A stretch of DNA of 64,000 nucleotides from an uncultured Flavobacterium sp. (lineage in GTDB: Bacteria; Bacteroidota; Bacteroidia; Flavobacteriales; Flavobacteriaceae), in NCBI GenBank assembly GCA_947632215.1, contig CANROJ010000001.1:4406-68405 (forward strand). The letters run 5' to 3'. The notes under the pieces were generated by a model. It was not told the DNA's origin. It ran no database searches and was given only the letters and a program-made list of their open reading frames with translations. This document shows, in pieces, positions 1 to 10,536 of the stretch (position 1 is the stretch's first letter; every line of letters starts with the position of its first letter). The position numbers and the translations under genes are program-made.

Positions 1-1368
1 CTGGAAACCTTAGGAGAAATAAAAAGCATCAAGAATAGCACTCCTATTATCATGATAACAAAAAGTGAAGAAGAAGCTATTATGGAAGAGGCTATTGGGG
101 CTAAAATCTCCGATTACCTTATAAAGCCAGTTAATCCAAATCAAATTCTCTTGTCATTGAAAAAGAACTTAGATGACTCTCGATTGATTTCAGAAAAATC
201 TACCGTTAGCTACCAAAGAGAATTCAGAAATATAACTTTGGACTTAATGGATGCAAGAACCTACCAAGATTGGATTTCGATTTATAAAAAGCTTTTATTT
301 TGGGAACAAAAATTAGAGAATATAGAAGATCATAATTTAATTGATATTTTAGAAGGTCAGCGCCTCGAGGCTAACTCTTTGTTTTGTAAGTTTGTAGAGA
401 AAAACTATCAGCAATGGATTAATGAAAATGACCAAGGACCTGTCTTATCTCATCAGATTTTTAAAAAATGGGTAGTTCCAGAGTTAAAAATTCAAGATTC
501 GAAAGTTTTATTCATCGTTATTGACAACCTTAGGTATGACCAGTGGTTAGCCTTTGAGCCCATTGTAAACAATCACTATAAAGTAGAAACACAGCATAGT
601 TTCTTTTCCATCTTACCATCAGCCACTCAGTATGCTAGAAATGCAATATTCTCTGGTCTGACTCCTTTACAAATGAGTGAGCAGCTTCCACAATACTGGA
701 AGAATGATGTAGATGAAGGAGGTAAAAACCTTTTTGAAGAAGAATTTCTACAAGAACAATTAAAACGACTAAGATTAGACATTAAAAACCAATACTACAA
801 AATTACCAATCACAAAGATGGCAAAAAGCTGGCCGATAATCTAAAAAGCTTAAAAGACAATAAGCTCATTAGCATTGTATATAACTTTGTAGATATGTTG
901 TCTCATGCCAAAACAGAGATGGAAGTTATAAAAGAATTAGCTAGCAACGACAAGGCATACCGCTCTTTAACATACAGTTGGTTTAAGAACTCCCCCTTAT
1001 TTGAGATAATCCAACAAGCCCAACAAGTGGGTTACAAACTAATTATAACCACCGACCATGGTACCATTAATTGTAAAAACCCATCCAAGGTAATTGGAGA
1101 TAAGAATACTAGTTTAAACCTTCGTTATAAGACTGGGCGCTCGTTATCTTATGAAAGCAAAGATGTATATGCGGTAAAAAATCCTAAAAACATACAATTA
1201 CCTAGCATTAATATAAGCAGTTCTTTTATTTTTGCAAAAAACGATTACTTTTTAGCATACCAAAATAATTACAATTATTATGCTTCCTATTATAAGAATA
1301 CCTACCAGCATGGAGGTATCTCATTAGAAGAACTAATCGTTCCCTTTATTATTTTAAATCCTAAGTAG
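1..1368 (+). CDS. porX: PorX-type response regulator with PglZ/alkaline-phosphatase-like domain (5' end outside the window)
   Basis: Frame is open from base 1 (LETLGEIKSIKNSTPIIMITKSEEE, receiver-domain end); PglZ motifs IVIDNLRYDQW, LPSATQYARNAIFSG, TTDHG, YQHGG; followed by tsaE. Confidence 0.9.
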   Translation: METLGEIKSIKNSTPIIMITKSEEEAIMEEAIGAKISDYLIKPVNPNQILLSLKKNLDDSRLISEKSTVSYQREFRNITLDLMDARTYQDWISIYKKLLFWEQKLENIEDHNLIDILEGQRLEANSLFCKFVEKNYQQWINENDQGPVLSHQIFKKWVVPELKIQDSKVLFIVIDNLRYDQWLAFEPIVNNHYKVETQHSFFSILPSATQYARNAIFSGLTPLQMSEQLPQYWKNDVDEGGKNLFEEEFLQEQLKRLRLDIKNQYYKITNHKDGKKLADNLKSLKDNKLISIVYNFVDMLSHAKTEMEVIKELASNDKAYRSLTYSWFKNSPLFEIIQQAQQVGYKLIITTDHGTINCKNPSKVIGDKNTSLNLRYKTGRSLSYESKDVYAVKNPKNIQLPSINISSSFIFAKNDYFLAYQNNYNYYASYYKNTYQHGGISLEELIVPFIILNPK

Positions 1369-1369
1369 A

Positions 1370-1786
1370 ATGGAAATTATATTTTCTTTAGATCAGATTG
1401 ACCAAGTAGCACAGAGTATCTTAAAAAACTTAAAACATAAGATTGTTTTATTTGATGCTCCAATGGGTGCAGGAAAAACAACAATGATTAAAGCTTTATG
1501 TCAAGAACTTGGCATCCAAGAATCAACCAGTAGTCCAACCTTTTCTATTGTTAATCAATACCAAAGTACCAAGCAAAACCAAACCATCTTTCACTTTGAT
1601 TTATATCGCTTAAACAATGAGGAAGAAGCTTACGATATGGGTATGGAAGAATATTTAGACTCAGGAGCCTATTGTTTTATTGAATGGCCAGAAAAGACAC
1701 CTACTATTATTCCAGATAACCACTCTATTGTTCAAATTAGTACTTTAAGTGATGGTTCTAGAAAATTAGTTTTACAAAACCTTTAA
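1370..1786 (+). CDS. tsaE: tRNA threonylcarbamoyladenosine biosynthesis ATPase TsaE
   Basis: Walker A GAGKTT, SSPTFSIVN, HFDLYRL, IEWPE motifs. Confidence 0.95.
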   Translation: MEIIFSLDQIDQVAQSILKNLKHKIVLFDAPMGAGKTTMIKALCQELGIQESTSSPTFSIVNQYQSTKQNQTIFHFDLYRLNNEEEAYDMGMEEYLDSGAYCFIEWPEKTPTIIPDNHSIVQISTLSDGSRKLVLQNL

Positions 1787-1799
1787 ATTCAAAGCTACC

Positions 1800-2996
1800 A
1801 TGGCAATTACTACTCCATTTTCCAAACTTGATTTAATGCCCTTAGAAGAGAAACTTTTGGTAGAGCAAAACCAAAGTAGTTTACTTATAGGTATTCCAAA
1901 AGAGCCCATTAATACAGATAGAAGAGTCAGTATTACCCCAGAGGCCGTACAAACTCTTTGCAATCACGGTCACCGGGTAGTAATAGAGTCACAAGCTGGT
2001 ATAGGAGCGAGTTATTCTGATTTAGAATACAGTAAAGCAGGAGCCAAAATAAGCAATGACATTAAAGAAATTCTTTCTTGCCCGATAATAGTAAAAGTAA
2101 GCCCTCCTACCTTGGAGCAAATAAAACTTATTAATCCAAATACAACTATTTGGTCCTCTATTCAACTAAAAACCTTAGATACCGACTATTTTAAAGCATT
2201 GGCAGCAAAGAAAATATCTGCAATTGCAATAGATTTTATTCAAGACAAAGCAGGATCCTACGTAGCCTCCTCTTCTTTGAGTGAAATTGCCGGGGTGTCT
2301 TCTGTACTTATTGCATCGGAATTAATGACTACTACCCAACAAGGAAAAGGTTTACTCTTTGGAAATATTACCGGAGTACACCCCACTGAGGTAGTAATCT
2401 TAGGAGCTGGTAGCGTTGCGCAATTTGCAGCAAGAACTGCCCTAGGCCTAGGAGCCAACATAAAAGTGTTTGACAACTCTTTACACAAACTAAGACGATT
2501 ACAAAACAATCTACCGAGTTTAATAAGTACTTCAACTCTACAGGATAAAATACTTTTAAAAGCTCTTATGCGATGTGATGTTGCAATTGGAGCAATTAGA
2601 GGAACAAATCGCTCACCAGTTGTTGTAACTAAGACAATGGTGGAGAATATGAAACCGGGCTCGGTAATAATTGACGTCTCTATAGACAATGGAGGTTGTT
2701 TTGAAACCTCGGAGCTAACCACTCATGAAAAGCCTACTATTGTTAAAAATGGGGTAATTCACTATGGGGTTCCTAATATTACTTCCAGATATAGTAAAAC
2801 CGCTTCTCAAGCTCTAAGTAATATACTTACCCCTTTACTTATTGACTTTGCTCAAAATGGCGAACTAAAAGGCGCCTTACAACCCAATAACCCTATACAA
2901 TCAGGCATTTATTGTTACAGGGGCTTAATTACCAATAAGAGTGTGGCTAAGTGGTTTGACTTAGATTACAAAGACTTACTATTGTTCGCATTTTAA
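1800..2996 (+). CDS. ald: Alanine dehydrogenase family protein (AlaDh/PNT fold) with divergent active site
   Basis: IGIPKE, RRVSITP, SEIAG, DVSIDNGGCFETS, VPN motifs; His of the usual LHL motif appears as Gln. Confidence 0.8.
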   Translation: MAITTPFSKLDLMPLEEKLLVEQNQSSLLIGIPKEPINTDRRVSITPEAVQTLCNHGHRVVIESQAGIGASYSDLEYSKAGAKISNDIKEILSCPIIVKVSPPTLEQIKLINPNTTIWSSIQLKTLDTDYFKALAAKKISAIAIDFIQDKAGSYVASSSLSEIAGVSSVLIASELMTTTQQGKGLLFGNITGVHPTEVVILGAGSVAQFAARTALGLGANIKVFDNSLHKLRRLQNNLPSLISTSTLQDKILLKALMRCDVAIGAIRGTNRSPVVVTKTMVENMKPGSVIIDVSIDNGGCFETSELTTHEKPTIVKNGVIHYGVPNITSRYSKTASQALSNILTPLLIDFAQNGELKGALQPNNPIQSGIYCYRGLITNKSVAKWFDLDYKDLLLFAF

Positions 2997-3034
2997 AATT
3001 TTGATAAATGATTAGTTTTCCATATTTCATTTAG

Positions 3035-3042
3035 TACTTTTG
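3035..3042 (+). promoter_or_regulatory. Bacteroidetes -7 promoter element (TACTTTTG)
   Basis: Matches TAnnTTTG, 17 nt before the ATG at 3060. Confidence 0.6.
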
Positions 3043-3059
3043 CCTAAAATACATTTAAA

Positions 3060-3446
3060 ATGAAATTTACCCAACGTTTAGCCTACTACCTTTTTGGAAT
3101 CCTTATAGGTTGTATGTTTTTATTCTTCTTCTTTGGACAGAAGAAAACAGAGTTTTGTTACTTCCCTAATTGTCGAGTACTAAAAGACATTAGAAACAAA
3201 CCTATTACTTATTCTGAACAAGCAGAACAAGTCTTAGCTCAAGGGTGGATTAATCAAGAGGATATTCGTCGTACATTAACTTACGGAAAAGTAGACTTCT
3301 CCAACAGCAAACATAAATTTGACAATGGTGTAGTATACCTAATTAAGGGAAAAAACACCAAGGATGAGCCTTTAATCCTTGAATTGGTAAACTACCAAGA
3401 CAAGGCACTTTTAAAAAACATAACTAAGGTAGATGCTTCAAAATAA
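3060..3446 (+). CDS. DUF4258-like small membrane-anchored protein
   Basis: N-terminal TM helix then CYFPNCRVLKDIR and G.VDFS motifs typical of this Flavobacteriaceae family. Confidence 0.65.
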   Translation: MKFTQRLAYYLFGILIGCMFLFFFFGQKKTEFCYFPNCRVLKDIRNKPITYSEQAEQVLAQGWINQEDIRRTLTYGKVDFSNSKHKFDNGVVYLIKGKNTKDEPLILELVNYQDKALLKNITKVDASK

Positions 3447-3467
3447 AGCTTAGTCAAAACCTACTTT

Positions 3468-3497
3468 AAGCTCTTGTTTTTACAAGAGCTTTTTTTA
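3468..3497 (+). terminator. Rho-independent terminator
   Basis: aagctcttgt-tttt-acaagagctt followed by a T run. Confidence 0.85.
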
Positions 3498-3675
3498 TTT
3501 GTAAAATTGCTACAAATTATATCCACTGACTTTACATCTTACATGCACCCGAGATATCAATAAGTTAACCTTAAAAGCCAAGCTAAGAAATAAAACAATT
3601 AGAACTTGTGCAAAAACACGCTTTTCTAATTATAACAGAAAATAGTATCTTAGTGCTGCCATATACATTAATAAC

Positions 3676-5778
3676 ATGCACAATAATCCATTAGATACCC
3701 CAATAGAATACCTCAAAGGAGTTGGTCCGGCTCGGGCTGATTTATTGAAGAAAGAATTGGGAATTTTCACCTATAGCGACCTATTGAGTCTATATCCAAA
3801 TCGATACATTGATCGATCCAGATTTTATAGCATTAATGAACTCTCTCAAGTTAATGCAGAGGTGCAAATTGTAGGAAAGATAACACACATTAAAGTAGTT
3901 GAGCAAAACAAAAGAAAACGCTTAGTGGCTACATTTAAAGATGATACTGGTCAAATTGAGCTTATTTGGTTTCAGGGCTTCAAATGGATACAGGAATCTT
4001 TGGAGTTAAATGTTCCCTACGTGGCTTATGGCAAAATAACAAATTACAATTTTAGTTACTCCATGGCCCACCCGGACTTAGAACTTTTATCTGATTTCCA
4101 GAAATCTAGCGCCACTGGAATGATAGGGGTCTACCCTTCTACTGAGAAATTAGCAGCTAGAATTTCAAACAAAGCGGTTATTAAAATGATGGAACATCTT
4201 TTAAATAAAACCCATACCTATTTCAAAGACACCCTACCCTTTGAGCTTAGTAGAAAATTAGGACTTATGCCCATGGAGCAAGCCTTAATTAACATTCACT
4301 TCCCAAAGGACATGGAGGCTATGTATAAGGCACAGTTCCGCTTAAAATTCGAGGAACTGTTTTATATACAAATGCAATTATTAATAAAAAACATAGCGCG
4401 AAAAGGTAAAATAAAAGGCTACCCTTTCTCCAATGTTGGAGATAAGTTTTTGGATTTCTTTCATCACCACCTTCCCTTTGGTTTAACTGGTGCTCAAAAA
4501 CGAGTTATCAAAGAGATTCGTCATGATATGGGCCAAGAGGTACAAATGAACCGACTTTTACAAGGAGATGTTGGATCGGGTAAAACTATTGTAGCTTTTA
4601 TGAGTTGTTTACTAGCCATAGATAATGGCTTTCAAGCTTGCATTGTTGCGCCAACAGAAATTTTAGCCACGCAACACTTTGAAGGCATTAGTGAACTAGC
4701 CAAACCCTTAGGGCTAAATGTACAGCTTTTAACAGGCTCCACAAAAGCCTCTGTGCGCAAAGTGCTACACCAAGAATTACACGATGGCCAAATAAACATC
4801 CTTATAGGTACCCATGCCCTATTTGAAGACAAAGTTATTTTTAAAAATTTAGGACTAGCCATCATTGATGAGCAACACCGCTTTGGAGTGGAGCAGCGAT
4901 CAAAACTTTGGCTGAAAAACACTCTACCACCACATATTTTGGTAATGACTGCCACCCCAATACCCCGTACTTTAGCAATGACATTATATGGGGATTTGGA
5001 TGTATCTGTAATAGATGAACTACCCCCGGGAAGAAAACCTATTCAGACTAGCCATTACTTTGAAAATAAACGATTGGCATTATGGGCATTTATAAAGCAG
5101 GAAATCGCCAAAGGTAGACAAGTATACATTGTCTACCCTTTAATTGAGGAGAGCGAATCGATGGATTACAAAAACTTAATGCAAGGCTATGAAGGCATAT
5201 CAAGAGACTTTCCCTTACCCCAGTACAATGTAAGTATTGTACACGGACAAATGACACCAGGGGAAAAAGACATAGAAATGCAGCGTTTTGCCCAAGGAAA
5301 AACCAATATCATGGTAGCCACTACAGTTATTGAAGTAGGTGTTAATGTACCCAATGCATCCCTTATGGTAATTGAAAGCGCCGAGAGATTCGGCCTATCC
5401 CAATTACATCAGCTAAGAGGAAGAGTTGGTCGAGGCGCAGAACAAAGCTACTGTATATTAATGACAGGAGATAAATTGAGTAATGATTCTAAAATACGCA
5501 TGCAAACCATGTGTCAGAGCAACGATGGATTCGTTATCTCAGAGGTAGATTTAAAGCTAAGAGGACCAGGAAACTTAATGGGTAAACAGCAAAGCGGAAC
5601 AATTCCCTTGCGTATAGCCGACTTAGTTAAAGACCAGGATATTCTACAATATGCCAGAGAACAAGCCATCGCTATATTAACCCTAGATCCTAGCTTAGCC
5701 TTAGTAGAACATCAAAAAATAAAAGAAAAGCTACAACGATTAGACAATAAAACAACCCTTTGGAATTATATTAGTTAA
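3676..5778 (+). CDS. recG: ATP-dependent DNA helicase RecG
   Basis: LKGVGP N-terminus, QGDVGSGKT, DEQH, MTATPIPRTL, QLHQLRGRVGRG, TRG-type DLKLRGPG. Confidence 0.97.
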   Translation: MHNNPLDTPIEYLKGVGPARADLLKKELGIFTYSDLLSLYPNRYIDRSRFYSINELSQVNAEVQIVGKITHIKVVEQNKRKRLVATFKDDTGQIELIWFQGFKWIQESLELNVPYVAYGKITNYNFSYSMAHPDLELLSDFQKSSATGMIGVYPSTEKLAARISNKAVIKMMEHLLNKTHTYFKDTLPFELSRKLGLMPMEQALINIHFPKDMEAMYKAQFRLKFEELFYIQMQLLIKNIARKGKIKGYPFSNVGDKFLDFFHHHLPFGLTGAQKRVIKEIRHDMGQEVQMNRLLQGDVGSGKTIVAFMSCLLAIDNGFQACIVAPTEILATQHFEGISELAKPLGLNVQLLTGSTKASVRKVLHQELHDGQINILIGTHALFEDKVIFKNLGLAIIDEQHRFGVEQRSKLWLKNTLPPHILVMTATPIPRTLAMTLYGDLDVSVIDELPPGRKPIQTSHYFENKRLALWAFIKQEIAKGRQVYIVYPLIEESESMDYKNLMQGYEGISRDFPLPQYNVSIVHGQMTPGEKDIEMQRFAQGKTNIMVATTVIEVGVNVPNASLMVIESAERFGLSQLHQLRGRVGRGAEQSYCILMTGDKLSNDSKIRMQTMCQSNDGFVISEVDLKLRGPGNLMGKQQSGTIPLRIADLVKDQDILQYAREQAIAILTLDPSLALVEHQKIKEKLQRLDNKTTLWNYIS

Positions 5779-5783
5779 AACCC

Positions 5784-6365
5784 ATGAAAAAAATTGTATT
5801 TGCCTCGAATAACCAAAACAAAATAAAGGAAATAAACAAACTACTTCCCGAAGATATACAAATCCTATCTCTACAAGACATCGGTTGCGTGGTAGACATA
5901 CCAGAGACTGCCCCTACCATAGAAGGCAATGCTTTATTAAAAGCAGATTTTGTGAAAAGGCACTACGGATATGACTGTTTTGCAGATGACTCAGGTTTAG
6001 AAATTGATTTTTTAAATAAAGAGCCTGGTGTTTACTCGGCCAGATACGCAGGCCAGGATAAGGATGATCAAAAGAACATAGAAAAGGTCTTACATAAAAT
6101 GGTAGAGGCCAAAGATCGTAAAGCAAACTTTAAAACTGTTATTACTCTACATTATAAAGGACAAACCCATCATTTCACAGGTCTAGTACATGGAGAAATC
6201 ACAACACAGCAAATTGGCCACCAAGGTTTTGGCTATGACCCTATCTTTAAACCACAGGGCTACGAGCAAACCTTCGCACAGATGTCTTTAGACCAGAAAA
6301 ACCTCATTTCACACCGCGCCATTGCCGTTAAGCAATTAGTGGAGTTCCTTGAGAATTGCCAATAA
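5784..6365 (+). CDS. rdgB: Non-canonical purine NTP pyrophosphatase (RdgB/HAM1)
   Basis: FASNNQNK, ADDSGL, PGVYSARYAG, GFGYDPIF, SHR motifs. Confidence 0.93.
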   Translation: MKKIVFASNNQNKIKEINKLLPEDIQILSLQDIGCVVDIPETAPTIEGNALLKADFVKRHYGYDCFADDSGLEIDFLNKEPGVYSARYAGQDKDDQKNIEKVLHKMVEAKDRKANFKTVITLHYKGQTHHFTGLVHGEITTQQIGHQGFGYDPIFKPQGYEQTFAQMSLDQKNLISHRAIAVKQLVEFLENCQ

Positions 6366-6431
6366 AATCATAAATTTTAGCATTTCCAAATGTTTTCCTT
6401 GCTAAAGTTATACTCTTCTCTATAATAGTTG

Positions 6432-6439
6432 TATATTTG
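6432..6439 (+). promoter_or_regulatory. -7 promoter element (TATATTTG)
   Basis: Matches TAnnTTTG; supports the ATG at 6459 as the true start. Confidence 0.6.
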
Positions 6440-6458
6440 TCCCTATTTTAAAATTTAT

Positions 6459-8324
6459 ATGAACAATTTCGAACAATTAGGATTAAACGAATCACTTTTA
6501 TCAGCGATTAATGATTTAGGGTTTACAAGTCCATCAGAAATCCAGGAAAAGGCGATTCCTTTACTATTAGAAAAAAACACCGATATTGTTGCGTTAGCCC
6601 AAACGGGGACTGGGAAAACTGCAGCTTTTGGTTTTCCTTTGATCCAAAAGATAGACATGGGTAAAAAACATACGCAAGGTCTTATCTTATCGCCAACTAG
6701 AGAGTTATGTTTGCAAATCGCAAACGAAATGAAACAGTACTCAAAGTACGTAAAAGGCCTACATACTGTTGCTGTGTACGGAGGTGCTAGCATCTCAGAA
6801 CAAGCAAGAGAAATAAAACGCGGAGCTCATATCATTGTTGCTACACCTGGTAGAATGCAGGATATGATCAACAGAGGTATGGTTGATATCAAACATATCG
6901 AATTCTGTATTTTAGATGAGGCAGATGAAATGCTTAACATGGGCTTCTATGACGATATCAGAAACATTTTATCTGATACACCAGAAGAAAAAAACACATG
7001 GTTATTCTCAGCAACAATGCCTGCGGAAGTAGCAAGTATTGCAAGAGAATTCATGAATCAACCACAAGAAATTACAGTAGGACACAAGAATCAAGGGTCT
7101 ACTACTATTACGCACGAGTATTATTTAGTTGGTGGAAGAGACCGCTACTTAGCTCTTAAGCGTTTAGCAGATGTGAACCCAAATATATTCTCTGTTGTTT
7201 TTTGTAGAACAAAAAGAGACACACAAGCAATAGCTGAAAAACTAATCGAAGATGGTTACAACGCAGCTGCTTTACACGGAGACTTATCCCAAGCTCAACG
7301 TGATGGTGTGATGAAATCATTTAGAAACAAACAAATTCAAATGCTTGTTGCTACTGACGTGGCAGCACGTGGAATTGACGTAGATGATATTACTCACGTA
7401 ATTAACTACCAATTACCAGATGAAGTTGAAACTTACACACACCGTAGCGGACGTACAGGACGTGCTGGTAAAAAAGGAGTTTCATTAGTTATCGCTACTA
7501 AAAGTGAGCAAAGAAAAATTCAACAAATTGAGCGTATTATCAAACAAAAGTTTGAGCTTAAAACAGTTCCAACAGGAATTGAAATTTGTGAAATTCAATT
7601 ATATCACTTAGCTAACAAGATCAAAGAAGCGGAAGTAAATCCTGAAATTGAGCAGTATGTTCCTGCAATTATGGAGCAACTTTCAGAATTTGACAAAGAA
7701 GAAATCATTAAAAAAGTAATCTCTGTTGAATTTAACCAATTCTTAGAATACTACCAAAAACCTTCTAATAATTTAGCAGCTGTTTCTGCAGGTCGTACAA
7801 CATCGACTAGCGAATTACCTTCTAATGGTGCAGTTCGTTTCTTTATTAACTTAGGAGCAAAAGATAACCTAGATTGGATGACTCTTAAAGATTACTTAAG
7901 AGAAACATTAGACTTAGGACGTGATGACTTATTCAAAGTAGATGTGAAAGACGGATTCTCTTTCTTTAACATTGAAGCAGAACATGCAGAAAAAGTAGTA
8001 AACATCTTAAACAATGAAACCTACGAAGGAAGAAGAGTAAATGTTGAAATCTCTAACAATGACGGAGGAAGAAGCAATTCTCGTCGTGACCATAACAACC
8101 GTGGTGGAAACAGAGGTGGATTCTCAAGAAGTAATGATCGCTCTGATAGAAGATCAGGCGGAAGTTCTTCTTTTGGCGGAGAAAGAAAACGCTTTGACAG
8201 AGATAGAAGCAGCTCTGATCGTGGTAGATCATTTGATAACAGAGACAGAGCTCCTCGCGATGAGAGAAGTTCAGAAAGAAGAAGTAGCGAATCAGGACCA
8301 TCTAGAAGACCTAGAAGAAACTAA
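6459..8324 (+). CDS. DEAD-box RNA helicase with DbpA-type RNA-binding domain and R/G/S/D-rich tail
   Basis: Q motif, AQTGTGKT, PTREL, DEAD, SAT, ARGID, HRSGRTGRAG; start moved from 6429 to ATG 6459. Confidence 0.95.
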   Translation: MNNFEQLGLNESLLSAINDLGFTSPSEIQEKAIPLLLEKNTDIVALAQTGTGKTAAFGFPLIQKIDMGKKHTQGLILSPTRELCLQIANEMKQYSKYVKGLHTVAVYGGASISEQAREIKRGAHIIVATPGRMQDMINRGMVDIKHIEFCILDEADEMLNMGFYDDIRNILSDTPEEKNTWLFSATMPAEVASIAREFMNQPQEITVGHKNQGSTTITHEYYLVGGRDRYLALKRLADVNPNIFSVVFCRTKRDTQAIAEKLIEDGYNAAALHGDLSQAQRDGVMKSFRNKQIQMLVATDVAARGIDVDDITHVINYQLPDEVETYTHRSGRTGRAGKKGVSLVIATKSEQRKIQQIERIIKQKFELKTVPTGIEICEIQLYHLANKIKEAEVNPEIEQYVPAIMEQLSEFDKEEIIKKVISVEFNQFLEYYQKPSNNLAAVSAGRTTSTSELPSNGAVRFFINLGAKDNLDWMTLKDYLRETLDLGRDDLFKVDVKDGFSFFNIEAEHAEKVVNILNNETYEGRRVNVEISNNDGGRSNSRRDHNNRGGNRGGFSRSNDRSDRRSGGSSSFGGERKRFDRDRSSSDRGRSFDNRDRAPRDERSSERRSSESGPSRRPRRN

Positions 8325-8393
8325 TTTGTTAATTTTTTTGAAATAATAGCAAAAACTGTAAAATATCCTTTATTTTTAGGCAATCTTAAAAGT

Positions 8394-9149
8394 ATGAGGA
8401 ATTTTACAGTTTTTTTGTTTTTAGTTTTTGCTTGTTCTCACCTACAAGCTCAAAAAATTAATACAGTGCAAGGAACAGTTGTCAATGACAACTCCTTCCT
8501 GCCAGTAGATGATGTTAATATTATAAACATCACTAAAGTAAAGGGTACAATAAGTAAAAGGGATGGAACCTTTGCTGTAGAGGCCGATTTAAATGATTCC
8601 ATACACGTGTCCTATCCTGGCTATATTCCCATTAAGCTAAAAGTGACTAACGACTGGTTAAATCAAGAAGGTTTAAAAGTATACCTAACAGAACAAACCA
8701 CACAGTTAGAAGAGATCTATATCCAAAAATACGATCTAACAGGATACTTAGAAGTAGACACCAAACTAATTTCCTTAAATGATAAAATGGAATTCAATTT
8801 CTACAAAAGAAATCAAACTCCATATTATGGTACCGCAATTGGTACGTTCTTCTCACCGGTAGATGCCGTGTACAATCTTTTTAAATCTAAAGCATCTAAG
8901 CTTAAAAAAATAGATTCTATAAAAGAAGATACCAATATGGTAACTTTGATGCAATCTAGATACGATAGAGAAATAGTATGTGGACTCTTAGAGATTACCA
9001 GAGAAGATATTGTCTCTACCCTACAGAATTGCAACTACACCGATAAATTTATTTATACGGCTTCCGACTTCCAAATCTATCAGGCTTTAAATGATTGCTT
9101 TAGCAATTCACAAATAATAGTTGATAATAAAAAGAGTACATCCAATTAA
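8394..9149 (+). CDS. Secreted protein with carboxypeptidase-regulatory-like (CarbopepD_reg_2) N-terminal domain
   Basis: Signal peptide, then QGTVVND...VNIIN...GTIS..DGTF...GY pattern. Confidence 0.65.
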   Translation: MRNFTVFLFLVFACSHLQAQKINTVQGTVVNDNSFLPVDDVNIINITKVKGTISKRDGTFAVEADLNDSIHVSYPGYIPIKLKVTNDWLNQEGLKVYLTEQTTQLEEIYIQKYDLTGYLEVDTKLISLNDKMEFNFYKRNQTPYYGTAIGTFFSPVDAVYNLFKSKASKLKKIDSIKEDTNMVTLMQSRYDREIVCGLLEITREDIVSTLQNCNYTDKFIYTASDFQIYQALNDCFSNSQIIVDNKKSTSN

Positions 9150-9257
9150 CGGGATGTATTTTTTTTGCATAATAGTAGACAAAGGCTTTTTAATATTTTA
9201 AATTAAAAGTACTTTTGTATAGTATAACAACACAACGTAAAAAATTATTGCACACCA

Positions 9258-10508
9258 ATGAATATTCTATTAAAGTCAGCAAAAGTGGTAGATCCACAAA
9301 GCCCGTTTAACAAACAAATAATAGATATACGCATTCAAGATGGTATATTGACACATATCGCCCCTAAGCTGCCCCCTACTTCTGATGACAAAGTAATTGA
9401 ATTGGATAATTTACATATCTCACAAGGTTGGTTTGATTCCTCGGTATGTTTTGCAGAACCGGGATATGAAGAAAGAGAAACTTTAGAAAACGGATTAAAA
9501 GTAGCAGCCAAAAGTGGTTTTACTCAAGTTGCCTTAGAACCTAACAACAATCCTATAACACAGGATAAAGCCAGCATTAGTTTTCTAAAAAATAAGGCTT
9601 TAAACAGTCCATGTCAGGCTTTGCCCATCGGAGCCTTAACTGTGAATAGTCAAGGTCAAGAATTAGCAGAACTATACGATATGCAAAATGCAGGAGCTAT
9701 CGGCTTTGGAGATTACAAAAAAGCTATTTCTAATGCAAATGTTTTAAAAATTGCCCTACAATACACCCAAGATTTTAACGCTTTAGTAATTGCTTTCTCT
9801 CAAGATAGCAGTATTGCCGGAAAAGGAGTTGCAAACGAAGGAGTTCAAGGAACTCGTTTAGGCTTAAAACCTATTGCAGCACTCGCAGAAGAACTTCATG
9901 TAGCCCGTAATTTATTCCTTTTAGAATATACCAATGCAAGATTACACATTCCTACTATTTCCACAATAGGTTCTTTGGAATTAATTAGACAAGCTAAGAA
10001 AAAAGGATTACATGTAACTTGTAGCGTATCGGTACACCATTTAGCACTAAATGATCAAGCTCTAGAAGAGTTTGATACTAGATATAAGGTTTTACCTCCT
10101 TTAAGAGATAAAAAGACCCAAGAGGCTTTAATTCAAGGTGTACTAGACAATACGATCGATTGTATCACAAGTGATCACAATCCTTTGGATATCGAACATA
10201 AAAAATTAGAATTTGATGCTGCTTCTTTTGGAACAATAGGACTAGAATCGGCCTATGGCGCTTTATCTACCTTATTGCCAATGGAGGTAATAGTAGAAAA
10301 ATTAACCAAGGCTAGGGATATCTTTAAAATTACAAACTCACCAATAGCTATTGGCAACAAAGCTAATTTAACTTTATTTAATCCTCAGGGGAATTGGACT
10401 TTTACTAAAGCAGATATACTCTCTAAGAGTAAGAATGCCATCTTTTTAAATGCACCAATGCAAGGAAAAGTCTATGGAGTTGTAAATGGTACAAACAACA
10501 ACCTTTAG
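9258..10508 (+). CDS. Dihydroorotase-family amidohydrolase homologue, probably non-catalytic (PyrC'-like)
   Basis: EPG..RETL, SDHNP, GTIGLES motifs; the metal-binding HxH reads DSSVC; promoter TACTTTTG at 9210-9217. Confidence 0.8.
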   Translation: MNILLKSAKVVDPQSPFNKQIIDIRIQDGILTHIAPKLPPTSDDKVIELDNLHISQGWFDSSVCFAEPGYEERETLENGLKVAAKSGFTQVALEPNNNPITQDKASISFLKNKALNSPCQALPIGALTVNSQGQELAELYDMQNAGAIGFGDYKKAISNANVLKIALQYTQDFNALVIAFSQDSSIAGKGVANEGVQGTRLGLKPIAALAEELHVARNLFLLEYTNARLHIPTISTIGSLELIRQAKKKGLHVTCSVSVHHLALNDQALEEFDTRYKVLPPLRDKKTQEALIQGVLDNTIDCITSDHNPLDIEHKKLEFDAASFGTIGLESAYGALSTLLPMEVIVEKLTKARDIFKITNSPIAIGNKANLTLFNPQGNWTFTKADILSKSKNAIFLNAPMQGKVYGVVNGTNNNL

Positions 10509-10536
10509 TTTAAAAAAATTATTTAATCTATATAAA

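Noticed and set aside
8050-8324. Repetitive R/S/D/G-rich coding sequence
   Set aside because: The ordinary disordered tail of DEAD-box helicases, not a DNA repeat element
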